64,000 nt of DNA from NCBI GenBank assembly GCA_905178155.1, contig CAJINV010000001.1, positions 12,321,832-12,385,831 of the forward strand, written 5' to 3'. Position 1 is the first letter of the stretch, and each line of letters starts with the position of its first letter. The notes below the pieces were generated by a model. That model was not told the origin of the DNA and made no database searches. It saw only the letters and a list, made by a program, of their open reading frames with translations. The position numbers and the translations under genes are program-made. Shown in pieces: positions 21,239 to 32,964 of the stretch. Source of the DNA: Amoebophrya sp. A120. Taxonomy: Eukaryota; Protista; Dinoflagellata.

Positions 21239-24200
21239 ATGTGTGTTCGCACTACTTCCCCCCTGAGGTCGAGAAACAAAGCGAACCGGTGGAAGGGTTG
21301 GCGCTTCTCGGGTCCGCGCAAAGCAGCGAAGAAGCTTTGCTGGCCGCTGCTCCTAGTTTCATTGACAGAAACGATCGGCCGTGCGCCGGGCCGCGACGAT
21401 GGGGGCGCATCAGCACGCGAAAGCGAAACCGCGGCAGCATACAAACAGAAAGACCCAGTACAAGAACCAAGACCGACGAAAGCGCAAGAAAACAACTACC
21501 ACGAGAGCCGGACGACCACCGTTCCGCTCCGTATTTGGGGCGAGGACACACCTTTACCGGACCCGGTAGACGAACTGAATCCGGATCAGAGGACCACTTA
21601 CCACGAGCTGCTCTGCCAGCAGCCGGCGGTGGGCCACTTTGCGCTCCGCGAGAGTCTCCGCCGCCTGATGCTCTTCGAGCTGCGCAACGTGGGAGAAAAC
21701 CCCGCCTTTCAGTTTGAGCTAATCTACCGCCACCTGCAGAAACTTCTCGGGTCTGTCGAGCGGACGGCGAGCACGCCGGAGGCGTACTTCAACCCCGGGA
21801 TTCGCCGGGCGTACCGCGAGCAGTCCATTTTCCCCGGCCGGAGTTACCACGCGGCGAGTCTGCAGGTCGGCAAGTGCCTGATCGCCGAGGCGGTCGTGAA
21901 TTTTGTGCAACTTCTCACTCTGGACGTGGAGCTCGCGTACCTCCCAACCGTCAGGCAAACGCGGCTACACTTCTCGCAGCACGCGCAATGGCTCTGGAAC
22001 ACGTTCTTGATCACGTTTGACCGCGTGGTGTTCAACACCGTCCTGACCCCGCGACGACTTGTAGACGACCGGGGAATCTTGGCGAAGAGTCGGGAGCCGC
22101 CAAGGCTCCAGGCAGGAACACAGATCAAAGAAGAAAAACGAACCGGGTTCGAAACCCGGGTCCTTGCTGGCATCGAAAGCGCTGGTGGCAGCGGACGCCG
22201 CTGGGTTATTCACGAGATACGGAAGCGGATTTTTGCAGGAAAGAAAACCACAACCGAAAAAAATCATGATCTTGATCCTGTTGAAGATATGAACGGTGAC
22301 GCCTCGGGCAAAAAATCGCCAAAGAACTACAATGATGCTCACGAAGTCGACGTCGGCAAAGTGGTCTTCCTCAATGAAGACGCCAACGCTGGGATGAATA
22401 ATGCAACCCTGGCAAAACAGCAGTTCCTGGAGTCGGCTTTCGCCACCTCCGAGGCCGACGCCCTTGATACGCTGATCGCCTTCCCAGCTGATATTGAGCC
22501 CTCCACTTTCAACATGGCACTCCATGCCCAGCGGTACACGTACTTAACGGACAGTCTGCTGCGGTCCACGTGGCCGATCTTTGGTTTGCTCGCGAAACTG
22601 CCGACCTGGGAGTCGCTCGCGAACAAGGTACTCTTCGAGGCCTTGCAGTGGAAGCGCCACCAAGCCGGCTTCACGACCACCGGGAGCGCGCACCTGCCGA
22701 GCGTTCCCGTGACCATGGACTCGCCGGTCGCAGTCGTGGATCTGCTCACGCACCACCCAGCGCTCCAGAACCTCCTGACATGGCTGTTCTTGTTGGAAAA
22801 GTATCCGGCCCTACGCGTGTTGGATGTCGATAGTGGTGGGACGTCTCTTGAGGACCAGGAACACGAAGGTCCTGCTCCTGCTGCTGCAACTAGAACTACC
22901 GGGCAGCACAATAAGACTCGTCTGCAATACGCGAAAGCTCACCTTCCGGACATGTTTCTGCACATTTTGCAGACAACGTTCCAGCAGTTGCTCTACTATT
23001 ACAACCTGCGGACCGTCGGCATCGGCGAGACGCTCCAGGTGTTTCGCAAGTTGCGCGGCCAGCCCTACCCCCACGGGCGCATGCGAGAGCACTTTTTCTC
23101 CTCAGAAAAAGCGCACTGGTACCGGCTGTTCCGCGCCATTGACGGTGACGTGCGCCTGTCGGACCCGGTGTTCCGCTTCTTCACCATGCTTTGCCCGCCG
23201 GTGCACGACACGCTTGCCATGCCGGAGCAAAACGTGAACATTGACGCGGCGACTGGGAATCCGAGTACAACAACTGCGGGTAGAAGTACAACAGCTGATG
23301 ACAAACAAAGCGCAGGGGCGACCGAGCGAACGCACGTCGAGCACCAGCACTCTGTCTACCACCTCGAGTCGGTCGTTGACATGGCAAAATATGAGGCGCG
23401 CGCTCGGGAAAAAATCGCTGCGGAGATGCTCCGCTTCGGGCCGATTGAAGTGGACGACGTCATTAGCAGGCCCGGAAACTTTTCCCGCCGAGAAGAACGC
23501 TTGCAGGGTTGCTTGGTACAACCTCCGCGGGAAAATGGCAAAATGTCCCTCCAGACTTTCGTGACCTGCCCTGCGAATCGGCGAGTCACCGACGAGATCT
23601 TCTCTGACCCAGCGCTGCAACGCGTCATTTGGATGTTCCTCTTCGTGGTGCTGCACGAGATCCAGTCGCTGTACTTTGGAAAGAGCGTCTGTGAGATGGA
23701 GGACGTGGTGGAACGAAGCCCAAGCGAGAGCAGTGGCTCAAGTGAAACCACAGTACTAGAGAACTCACCGCCTTCCGCCACTGAACACAGAGCAAACTCT
23801 GACCAGCACCCGCTTCTTCAACATAAGAGCCACGACCGCATTGGGATGGTGCTGAGCCGGTCGGCGCCCCACCCCTACTACGTTTGCATCAGTCACGACA
23901 ACGTGGAAGCCAATCAGGAGGCAGGGGGATTCTTCAAATTTGGGTATTATATGGGCTCGCGACATTTCGATGGTATTTTCAAGCAGCAGGAGCAGTCGCT
24001 AGGGTACGGAATAAAACTGCCGTCGCCGCACCTGGCAGGAGGAGCAGATCAGTACAACAGCACAGCATCACTCGAACTCGATGACACCTCCCACGAGCGA
24101 CGAGAGACGATGAATGGCGGCGTGTCCCCTTCATCTTGCAACTACGTCGTTGACGTTGGCGCCAACCTTGGCATGTACACAGTTCCCCTTGCGTTGCGGG

Positions 24201-26500
24201 AGAAAAATTTGAAAATAATTGCTGTAGAGCCCACAAAAAGCGCCGCCTGGGATTTATCCAAGACGGTTTTGGTGAATGGACTGCAAGACCGCGTCCGAGT
24301 GATCCGAAAGGCGGTTACAGACACGAGCGACACCGCAGAACTCGTGTTCCGCGACCAGGGCGGCGCGCACACGGGAAACATCCTGCTCTCACCCGAGGAA
24401 CTGGCAAGGCCCGAAACGACGTGGGAGGGTGAAATGATCTTGGCAGGAGAGCATGCAGTGGTCACAGCTGGAACAAGTACAAGTGAAGATAAAACGCGTG
24501 AAGCAGGCGAGACCTCCTCCGAGGCTCCTCTTGGAGATGCTGCAGGTCCTGATCATAATTTAAATGCCACCTACTACACCGTCCCGACGACCACGTTGGA
24601 TCAGTTGCTGAAAGATTACGTGTTGCCTGACCCGGACTACCGGGGTATCTGCCTGTTGAAAATCGACGCGGAGTGCCAGGACTTGGCGGTCCTGCAATCC
24701 GGTGTCGCTTCGCTTCAGGCGAAGCAACCAGGAGTTGCATCTGCCGACCAAAGAACGAGACCGGTCATCTTGATCGAGCTCGCAAACGCGTATTGCACCC
24801 GGAAACTCCGGCGAAACCGCGCGGAAGCAACGTCTTCCTCCCTCGACGCGAGCGGCGGAAGTAAGTTGCTCCGAGTTTTGCAAGAAAACCTTGGATACCG
24901 ATCCGTGCAGAGCTGGAACGATTTTGTAGATCTCGACCACATCGAGTATCAGGAGCACTACCCTGATTTGCTAGTGCTGCTGCGCGACCTGGGCATCGGA
25001 ATCTTCTCGGAATATTACTACGCGGATGTCATGTGGGCTGCCGCGGTCGAAACTAGAAGTACTACAGTTTTGCCATCGACCAACGCTAGCACAACAGATC
25101 CCTTGCTGCCGGGGACCTCCGCTTACAGAGATGCTCTGCTCCCTCGCGTCCTCGTCGAATACGCGAGCGATTCCGCGAGCTTCCAAGAGGAGCTGGGCGC
25201 CGTATTGGTCAAGACCGTATTCGCAAGCAACTACGTGACCGAGAAATTTTTTGCGGAACCGGTACAGTATGACATCGAAAACCAGACAATGACTATCCGG
25301 GCGCCGCCGACGGTGAAATTTTTGTTGGAAAAGTATGGGAATCCACTGGAAGAAGTGGTCTATTCAGAGAGATCATCTAGTAGCGCACCTGGCCCGGCAC
25401 CTACGACAAAGGCTCTTTTGTCGCAGCTCAATCGTTTGGCCACACGACTATTGGAGCTTGCGCTTGGCGGGCACGCTCGTCCTTCCTCCACGAGTTTTTC
25501 TGAGGATTTTCCCTCGTCCGAAATCCGCGTCTCCGTCATTGCTCCAGCCGTTCTCCAAGGCGTCGGGAAATTATTGCTCCGTGTGATAAAGACTTCGTTG
25601 TCAGATGACATTGAAGAAATTGATGTCGAAACAGGACGAGACAATGACGTGGAAGCCGCAGTCGAATCCCCTGCTGAGCAAGGTTTTTCTTCACAAGGCG
25701 GAGCACCTCCAAGCTTCAACTTTCACATACTCGCTGCGTGGATCGCAGAGCTGTTGCACAGAATATTCATTTCACGCCGCTGCGGCTGCTCCTTCCGATA
25801 CACCGCGAACGAAGCCCAGTGCTCTGATGAGGTTGATACGCTACTGCGAACCAATTTTGATGTTGAGGTCGACGATGGTGGCAACAAGCAGAATCATTCC
25901 GATTCGTTTCACAACGGCGTCAGAAGAGTTTTCGAATTTTACATCGGCGCGGTCCTGCTGAAATTCGAAAGGAGCCTGTTGTCCTCGGATGCTTCTATAA
26001 TTGATGCACTGGACAACGACAATTCCTTATCTGCCTCCTCTGGTGCTATGATCAACGAGCCAAAAAGAATTGCGGCATCATCGTCCACGATGAACCAATT
26101 TTCTTTCTTCCAGTCGCTCGTGAAATTCTCTGCAGATCCGAAGATCCTTGCTAAGACACTTGCAGACCAGACCACAGCGCACGACAGGGCATTCCTCCTG
26201 TGTGCGACCGTCTGCAACCTCTACGTGAATCTCGCGGGTGGCGCAGGTTGTCGCGCATTTGATGTTGAGTACGTTCATCTGCCCCCAGAGAACGAGGAAA
26301 ATCGGGAGGAGCAGCATCCACTTGCTTTCTCGTGCCGACTTTTGAATGATTCGCGTACGTTTCAAGGGCACGAAAACGAGCCAAATTTTCTGCCGTCTAG
26401 GAAGGTAACGTTGCGACGAGGTACGAACTTCGACGCGGCAACTGTGGGCATCAAATCCCGTGCGGGAGAAATCGAAGTGGATCTAGTCGCGTGGCCGTGA
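21239..26500 (+). CDS. Large (1753 aa) FkbM-family (Methyltransf_21-like) SAM-dependent methyltransferase
   Basis: VVDVGANLGMYT, IIAVEP, TTLDQLL, LLKIDAECQDLAVLQSG and PVILIE in canonical FkbM order; short hydrophobic N-terminal segment. Confidence 0.8.
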   Translation: MCVRTTSPLRSRNKANRWKGWRFSGPRKAAKKLCWPLLLVSLTETIGRAPGRDDGGASARESETAAAYKQKDPVQEPRPTKAQENNYHESRTTTVPLRIWGEDTPLPDPVDELNPDQRTTYHELLCQQPAVGHFALRESLRRLMLFELRNVGENPAFQFELIYRHLQKLLGSVERTASTPEAYFNPGIRRAYREQSIFPGRSYHAASLQVGKCLIAEAVVNFVQLLTLDVELAYLPTVRQTRLHFSQHAQWLWNTFLITFDRVVFNTVLTPRRLVDDRGILAKSREPPRLQAGTQIKEEKRTGFETRVLAGIESAGGSGRRWVIHEIRKRIFAGKKTTTEKNHDLDPVEDMNGDASGKKSPKNYNDAHEVDVGKVVFLNEDANAGMNNATLAKQQFLESAFATSEADALDTLIAFPADIEPSTFNMALHAQRYTYLTDSLLRSTWPIFGLLAKLPTWESLANKVLFEALQWKRHQAGFTTTGSAHLPSVPVTMDSPVAVVDLLTHHPALQNLLTWLFLLEKYPALRVLDVDSGGTSLEDQEHEGPAPAAATRTTGQHNKTRLQYAKAHLPDMFLHILQTTFQQLLYYYNLRTVGIGETLQVFRKLRGQPYPHGRMREHFFSSEKAHWYRLFRAIDGDVRLSDPVFRFFTMLCPPVHDTLAMPEQNVNIDAATGNPSTTTAGRSTTADDKQSAGATERTHVEHQHSVYHLESVVDMAKYEARAREKIAAEMLRFGPIEVDDVISRPGNFSRREERLQGCLVQPPRENGKMSLQTFVTCPANRRVTDEIFSDPALQRVIWMFLFVVLHEIQSLYFGKSVCEMEDVVERSPSESSGSSETTVLENSPPSATEHRANSDQHPLLQHKSHDRIGMVLSRSAPHPYYVCISHDNVEANQEAGGFFKFGYYMGSRHFDGIFKQQEQSLGYGIKLPSPHLAGGADQYNSTASLELDDTSHERRETMNGGVSPSSCNYVVDVGANLGMYTVPLALREKNLKIIAVEPTKSAAWDLSKTVLVNGLQDRVRVIRKAVTDTSDTAELVFRDQGGAHTGNILLSPEELARPETTWEGEMILAGEHAVVTAGTSTSEDKTREAGETSSEAPLGDAAGPDHNLNATYYTVPTTTLDQLLKDYVLPDPDYRGICLLKIDAECQDLAVLQSGVASLQAKQPGVASADQRTRPVILIELANAYCTRKLRRNRAEATSSSLDASGGSKLLRVLQENLGYRSVQSWNDFVDLDHIEYQEHYPDLLVLLRDLGIGIFSEYYYADVMWAAAVETRSTTVLPSTNASTTDPLLPGTSAYRDALLPRVLVEYASDSASFQEELGAVLVKTVFASNYVTEKFFAEPVQYDIENQTMTIRAPPTVKFLLEKYGNPLEEVVYSERSSSSAPGPAPTTKALLSQLNRLATRLLELALGGHARPSSTSFSEDFPSSEIRVSVIAPAVLQGVGKLLLRVIKTSLSDDIEEIDVETGRDNDVEAAVESPAEQGFSSQGGAPPSFNFHILAAWIAELLHRIFISRRCGCSFRYTANEAQCSDEVDTLLRTNFDVEVDDGGNKQNHSDSFHNGVRRVFEFYIGAVLLKFERSLLSSDASIIDALDNDNSLSASSGAMINEPKRIAASSSTMNQFSFFQSLVKFSADPKILAKTLADQTTAHDRAFLLCATVCNLYVNLAGGAGCRAFDVEYVHLPPENEENREEQHPLAFSCRLLNDSRTFQGHENEPNFLPSRKVTLRRGTNFDAATVGIKSRAGEIEVDLVAWP

Positions 26501-27296
26501 ACGTGATCATTGAAGATCGACAGATTTTATGATTTTTACACGCGACGACCACGAGACCCCTGACAAATTGTAGTAGAACAGGAACAGACAGCCTCGCATG
26601 ATGAGCGCACAAAAGCATCGCCCTGATCGTCCTCCAGGTCGAGGAACGCCTTTTACCGGCGAGCGAAGTACAGAAGCACGTCACTAGTGTTCACAGAGTC
26701 GTTACTTGTGGAATTTTTCGAAAAATTTGCAATTGTTTTTCAAGCTAAGTACTTATCACCCTCAGCTGTGACTATGTACAAGTATCGATCTTATCGCTCT
26801 CGCCAACGATGAAAAGTATCGATCATAAGCTGAAGAGCAACGCGGGCGTTTTGCTGCAACGTCAACGTCGTACGTTTTGCGCCGGCTCGATCGAAGGTTA
26901 CTTACGCGAAAATAAAATTGCAGCTACGCGACGGATCTAACATTCTTGACTGAAGCAGTAACCAAGGCTTTCGTTAGAACTTGAAAAGAGATTGATGGAA
27001 AAAGAAAAATTGATGCCTTTGCTGTTCAACTTCTTCTTCTTCATCGTCTTCCTCGCGGCTAGAGAGAAATAACGGAGAAAAAATCACAAACTGAGAGAAC
27101 TCAAGACCAAAATCATGAGCAAAAACAAAGTGCGACGTTTTGTTTGATAGATTTCAGTGCAAGATCAGCAGCATGTGACAAAGAGGCAGGTGCTTGGTTT
27201 TAATCTAAAATGTAGAGACACGGGCACCACAATCACATTCGATTCAGCAGAAACTACTACACGTAGGCAAAAAACAGCAACAACCAAGCAACCGAA

Positions 27297-28411
27297 ATGG
27301 TAAATTTCTCTTCGATAGAAGCTGGCGTGTTGCACGAGTGGGACCAGGGGGAGCAGCTTATGCTCCGCGACGAAATTGAGCATATGGAGGGCAGGGCGGT
27401 TACTTCGTGGGCCGACTTGCGCAAAAACTACGTGACCTTCATGATTGCGAAGGCCCTCGAGGATCTCGATCGTCCGATCTGTCCGTTTCCTGAAGTCGCC
27501 ACCGTGTGGCGTGCGCACTTGCTGAACACCTGCGAGTATCGCAAGTTTGAGACTTTAGTTTTGCGCAAGTCGGGCAGTACTAGATCACACCTGGACCACA
27601 GCACGCGTGTGATTCATGCCGCTGCTCAGCGAGCGCGTCGGCAAAACTTTCTCGATATGGTGGACGCATCAAATACTGGTCGTCAAAGTACTGAGCCACA
27701 GTCAGCTACTCTGGCGATACAAAACCAACGAAATCGGTCCCGATCGCCGCTAGCGCGTCGCGAAGGAACGGGCACCGTCATGGCCGAAGACGACGAGTCC
27801 GCGCAACCAGCTGGTACCGACTGAGATCATAAAGTTAAAGACGAAATAGTATACACATTGTTCATGTTTCAGGTGCGCCATGGGGAGAAGATCAGAAATA
27901 TATCCAATGAAGAAAAACCTCAAATCGCATCAGAGCACGACAAAATAAATCTTGGACAGGCACGACAGACGACGTCCCTCGTGGCGACTTAGATTCTCGC
28001 AGTAGACCACGACCAGAAACTCCTTTAACACACTTCAACATTTTTTTGACTGCTGAAAATTTTTCTTACCCTGGTGGCAGACGAACGTGTGTGATTCAAG
28101 TGCACAACTGGTGGACGGTTTCTGACGTCAAGCACAAGCTGATGCTCCTAAAATCGGAATCCTTGCCGCCATCATTACACCAGTTTGGATTGCGGAAGGG
28201 CTACAACAGAGTACTCGACGAAGATCGACCTCTCGGAAAGCGAGAGCGAAACGACGAGCTGCAGGCACGAGATGCATCTTCGAGAACCCTTGCGGAATGC
28301 GGCATTGAAGAAATGGACACACTCTACGTGTTTATCAGATTTTCCAGACTACCCCCCAGAAGCACAAGGTCTTCAACCCTCGAATCGGTCTGTAAGCCGG
28401 CTTCAAAATAG
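27297..28411 (+). CDS. Protein with glycine-rich-domain (GRDP)-like N-terminal motif and C-terminal ubiquitin-like domain; junction unresolved
   Basis: YVTFMIAKA...PFPEVATVWRAHLLNTCEYRKF in ORF 27297; TVSDVKHKL...RTLAECGIEEMDTLYVFIR (ubiquitin-like) in ORF 28046. Confidence 0.55.
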
Positions 28412-28998
28412 AAAGAAGCATACTTTTTGTGACAATCTGCATTGATGATTGCCAACTGCAGTCCCTGCAGGATTGCCTTTTTGTCTGTCTCACGCTTTGT
28501 GCGAATAAACTCATCGCATTCCTCGCAGCTCATTTTCATTTAGCACCGTCCTGATTTTTGCCTGCTGCTGTTGAGAAGACGAAATTATCGTTCGTGATGC
28601 TTGCAGCTCACTTCGAACTTGGGGACCATCGTTCTAAGAAAGGGGCCGTGTCAACGTCATCAAATGATACCGAGGGAGTGTCGTTCCCCAGTCAACATCG
28701 TGGTCGTCGATTCTCTTCTCCAATTCGTTCATCGTTCGTGCCTGATGAAGGCCCTAATTCTGTAAATACAGAAAAAATAAGCTGTTGATACGTTTTTTTA
28801 GTCGTCATCTTTGGTAGCTACGTAGGTCTTTCTTGTGGCGTAGGAGATTAACGCGAAAAGTCTGTTTGGCGGCCGGCGGCGAAGCCAGTGCCAGTCGTGC
28901 CTTGCCTGCGGAGACTAAAAATTTCTACTGCTTATTCACAGAAAATCATTCAACAGACTTCTGTATCTTAGTTTTTAACCAACTGTTGCCAAGAAGCC

Positions 28999-30164
28999 AT
29001 GGAAGTGCTAAAGAAGCCTCTGCACATCGACCGGGTGATGTCCGGGATTTTCGCGAAGAAACTCCGCGACGAGATGTCGATGAGCACCCCGCCCCGGGAC
29101 CCGCTGGAGGAGGCCGGCGCTGCGGGCCACGGGAAAAAGCGGCGCAGCCAGGTGCGTGCGTATCGGGACAAGTCCGCTTTTGAACTGCTCGAGGAAGACG
29201 CGATGGACGCCTACGAGAGATTGCGCAAGGATCCCGAATACTTTGTCCACTTGCTCGAGCAGGACCTCCCCCTCTACGACGAGAAGAACGTGCTGCGCAA
29301 CAACGAAAAACGCCGGTCCGTCATCACCTCAGAGGGCAAAAAGGCGGTTGAAGAAGCGATCCGGGCCTTGCAAGACTGGGCGTTAGAGACCCGCACGTCG
29401 GGGAAGAAGCCAAGGCGAGTGTTCTACGACGAAAACTTGAGCAAGGCGGCGCGACAACACGCGGCCGACATCGGTCGGCGAGGGACCCAGGGGCATCGCA
29501 GTGTCAGAAGACCGGAGGACGGGCGGCGGTAAAAACAAGTTTTCTGCGAATTTTTTTTTGACTCCATGACGTTTGATTTGAATATCTAAAAGTTTCCCAT
29601 TCATTGTGCATGACCGTTCTTCTTCTTCATGTGCGAGAAATAAAGGCAATGTTCCATTTTAAACTCAGAACTTCCGCCTCCGAGCGCATCGACCAGTACG
29701 ACGCCTGGATCGGCGCCTTCGCCGAGTGCATCAGTTACGCCGAGAGTACGGGGGAGGCGATCATCAAACAGCTTCTCATCGACGACGGGGTGCCGTCGCG
29801 AGGGAACCGCAAATTGTTGCTGAGTCGCCACGACTACGGACTGGTGGGCTTCGGCTGCGCCGTGCACTACCAGTACCGTTTTTGCTGCGTGCTGTGCTTT
29901 GCGGACGAGCTGGAACAGCGGAAGCGAAAAGAACAGCTTGCCATCGACCGCGCGCTGGAAAGAACCGCGGCGGAGGCCTCCAAGGTGGAATTTGCGGCGG
30001 AGCGCGAGCGGCAGAAGAAGGCGGCCTTTGGCGTGGGCACGAAGATCTCCCAAGTGGAGAAGCACAGTACCGAACAAGCGTACCTACCGGCGGTCATCTC
30101 CGACGCTTTTGTCACGCACAACGTGCTGGACTCCAAAACCAGGCTGGCCAGGTTGAAACAGTAG
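28999..30164 (+). CDS. CAP/SCP (PR-1-like) domain protein; intron 29529-29668
   Basis: LSKAARQHAADIGRRGTQGH ... AECISY ... LLIDDGVPSRGNRKLLL ... VGFGCAVH; phase-2 GT-AG intron joins the two ORFs. Confidence 0.85.
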
Positions 30165-30808
30165 AGGAAGGAACGGTTGTCTATGTTGACAGACTTGAAG
30201 TTCCGATCTTCGGCGGAGCCAGCACTCCCACTCCGCTCGGACGCTTCGACTTTGTTGACACCAGAAGTTGAAAGTGTAGCGTGTTTTTTGTTGAGTTGAC
30301 ATGATCCTTTTGACAAACAATGATATGACTCGTATTTTTGTAGTAGCATCTTCTTTCAAAGAAACGTCGCAGTCAGACGAGACCGTGCCGATAGCGATGT
30401 GCAAAGGTCGCACTGTACAATAGATTAGTTGAAGTTGATTGAGACGACACAATGACACTGTACACCAGATTCAGGTTTAAAATTGACCTTCTGTTAATCA
30501 AAGCCCTCTTGCGGGTGGCGTGAAAATCCTACGACCTCACGTTGTCATCTCACCGTTGTTCTCGTACTTGGAGTTGCACTACACTGCTACAGGCTGGACG
30601 AGTAGACGCTCGTAGAAAGACCTTTGCACGATGTTAGGCATGGCGCATAAAATATCTTGAGGTCCATGGCGCTAGATAATCTCTGTTAAGAATGGGTTCG
30701 AACGCAAAGCAGCAAGGTGGTCGCTCGGCCGGGAATAGAAACGCCACAGCGTGACTGAAGACATTATCGCGGGAGCTACAACTGCAGCAACACGCTCCGA
30801 AAAGAATA

Positions 30809-31437
30809 ATGATCAAGTTCATTTTTCTCCAGAACCGGCAGGGAAAGACCCGGCTCAGCAAGTGGTACGAGAGCGGCCTGAACCTGGCAGAGAAAATGAA
30901 GATGGAACAGGAGGTGCACCGCATCGTGGCGGGAAGGGACGCGAAGTTTACCAATTTCGTCGAGTACCGGCACTACAAAATCATCTACCGACGATACGCC
31001 GGACTGTTTTTCACGCTTGGCGTCGACATGCACGACAACGAACTGGGAATGCTGGAACTCATACACCTTTTCGTAAATGCTTACTGTGCTTCCATCACTT
31101 TTTTACCTCTCTTGAGTTTGCTTTTCTCGCACTGGAAGTAGAGTCTGGGAACAAATAATTGACGTCGCCGCTCCTCTCAGTGGCTGGGCGAACCCTAGAA
31201 AAAAAATACGTGCAGTGGCAATGACTGACCGTATTACCTACCCGAATACAAATCAAAACTTCGTACTAGGTCGAAATTCTGGACGGATACTTTGGAAACG
31301 TGTGCGAGCTGGATTTGGTATTCCACTTCGACAAGGTGTACTTGATTCTCGACGAGCTGTTGCTGGCCGGCGAAATCAGCGAAACTTCATCAACACTAAT
31401 ATTGCAAAAGCTGAAGCAAAGCGAGAAACTCGAATAG
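30809..31437 (+). CDS. AP2S1: AP-2 adaptor complex small (sigma) subunit; intron 31073-31269
   Basis: [20 protein letters not shown] ... [23 protein letters not shown] ... IHLF|[29 protein letters not shown]; GT-AG intron. Confidence 0.93.
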
Positions 31438-31630
31438 CAGAAGTGTGTTGCATTCGCTAGTACACAAGCTGCAGCTCGACTCCTTGTGTCGTCCGTTTTG
31501 ATGGTTCGTAGCTGCGTGGTGTGCGTACGAGAATGCACATAAATTCAAATTTTTCATGTTCGCCACTCTCTGTCGAGCACAATTTCGAGAACGTTAAAGC
31601 TCTACTTTTCGTCAGCACGCACATTTTCCG

Positions 31631-32964
31631 ATGAGAGCAAGAGAGTTCGAAGAGAAATTTTCAGAGCATAGCTGGAGAGCAGTCTGTATCTATTGTCGTA
31701 AGGAATCGACTCGGAGTCGGATCCATGTTTGTGGTTTCTCCCATTTATCATCGATGTCAAGCCAAACACCGGAAGCAATCGTGCATCTCCCTTCTGTGCT
31801 GGCAAACTTCAGTAGGAAGCTTCTTCTGCGGTTGAACACACAAAAGGCCGCCGGGAAAGAGGCAGAAGAAAGATGGTGAGCCTCCAGTTTGTCGAGACGC
31901 CGATAGGCGATGGCTTAGGGTTGGAAATGGCAAAGCTTCCGGGAGACGACGAGGGGGACGCTTTGTTAGTTGCGGTACGGATATGATGTTATGCCAAACT
32001 TCTTTTGCAACATTGCAATTGCTATTGCATTTGCTTCCGACTTCGGTCAAAAATTTGCGAATGCAATTGAAACCAATTTCCCAAACGAAAAACACAGCAA
32101 CGAAAAGTGGAGGCTGTCGCGGACGCGAGGTGCTCAAAAGTCGTGTTCGTTGAGAACATACCCTCCGTGCAGGATCAGGGCCGGTTTTTCGAGTTCAAAG
32201 TGGAGGCGTGCCTTACCGGCTTCATTCCAGGATTGGCCGTGGGCTTCAGCTCCGTGGACCCAACAGGAGATGGGTTTCCAGTTCCAAGAAGAGCCTGCGA
32301 ACTCGACGAGACCGTCATGATCGGCTATGTTGGTAGAATTATCGGTTTTTTTTATCATAGCTGTAGCTGTACATACAACGAACATTCTACTGAATCAATT
32401 AGGCGGGTTTTTGGTACTAGCGGTCGCATGACGAGGAGAGTTATGACAAAGAGATTCCAACTAAGCTGGCGCTACTTCTACAAAACAGGTAAAGTCTACG
32501 CCGACAGTGGAAACAAGAGCTTTCCGATCAAGTGGAACCCGGGTCGCAGCGTGGTCGCCCGCGGCCACGACAGGATCGGTTGCTTGCTGACGCCCAAGGG
32601 CGAGATCGTGGTCTTCCAGAACAAAGAAGAGGTGGTACGGTGGAGTTCGAAAAAAGATAAAGTCGACATCTCCGGCCTAATGAACACCGACAAACTGTAC
32701 GGCGTCGTGGACGTGTACGGAGGGACGCAAAGTACAATAATTTCTTCTGATGCTGCTCTTTTCATCGCACATTGCTGAAGTCGAATCAGATTTGCATCTG
32801 GTTACACCACTTACATTCTTCTGTTGCACGGGAAATAAAACCACGCACATTCTAGTACTTTTGTTTCAACGATGAACACCACAGGAATAAAGCTGAACCC
32901 GGCCGCTAATATCGTGTCGCCCACAGATGACCCCGAAGACGGGGCAGAGGAAGAGGGTGGCTAG
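31631..32964 (+). CDS. Neuralized (NHR)/SPRY-like domain protein, multi-exon; start uncertain
   Basis: FFEFKVE...GLAVGFSSVDP ... DRIGCLLTPKGEIVVFQN ... LYGVVDVYGGTQ match the NHR pattern; GT-AG introns near 32332-32488 and 32732-32884. Confidence 0.7.
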
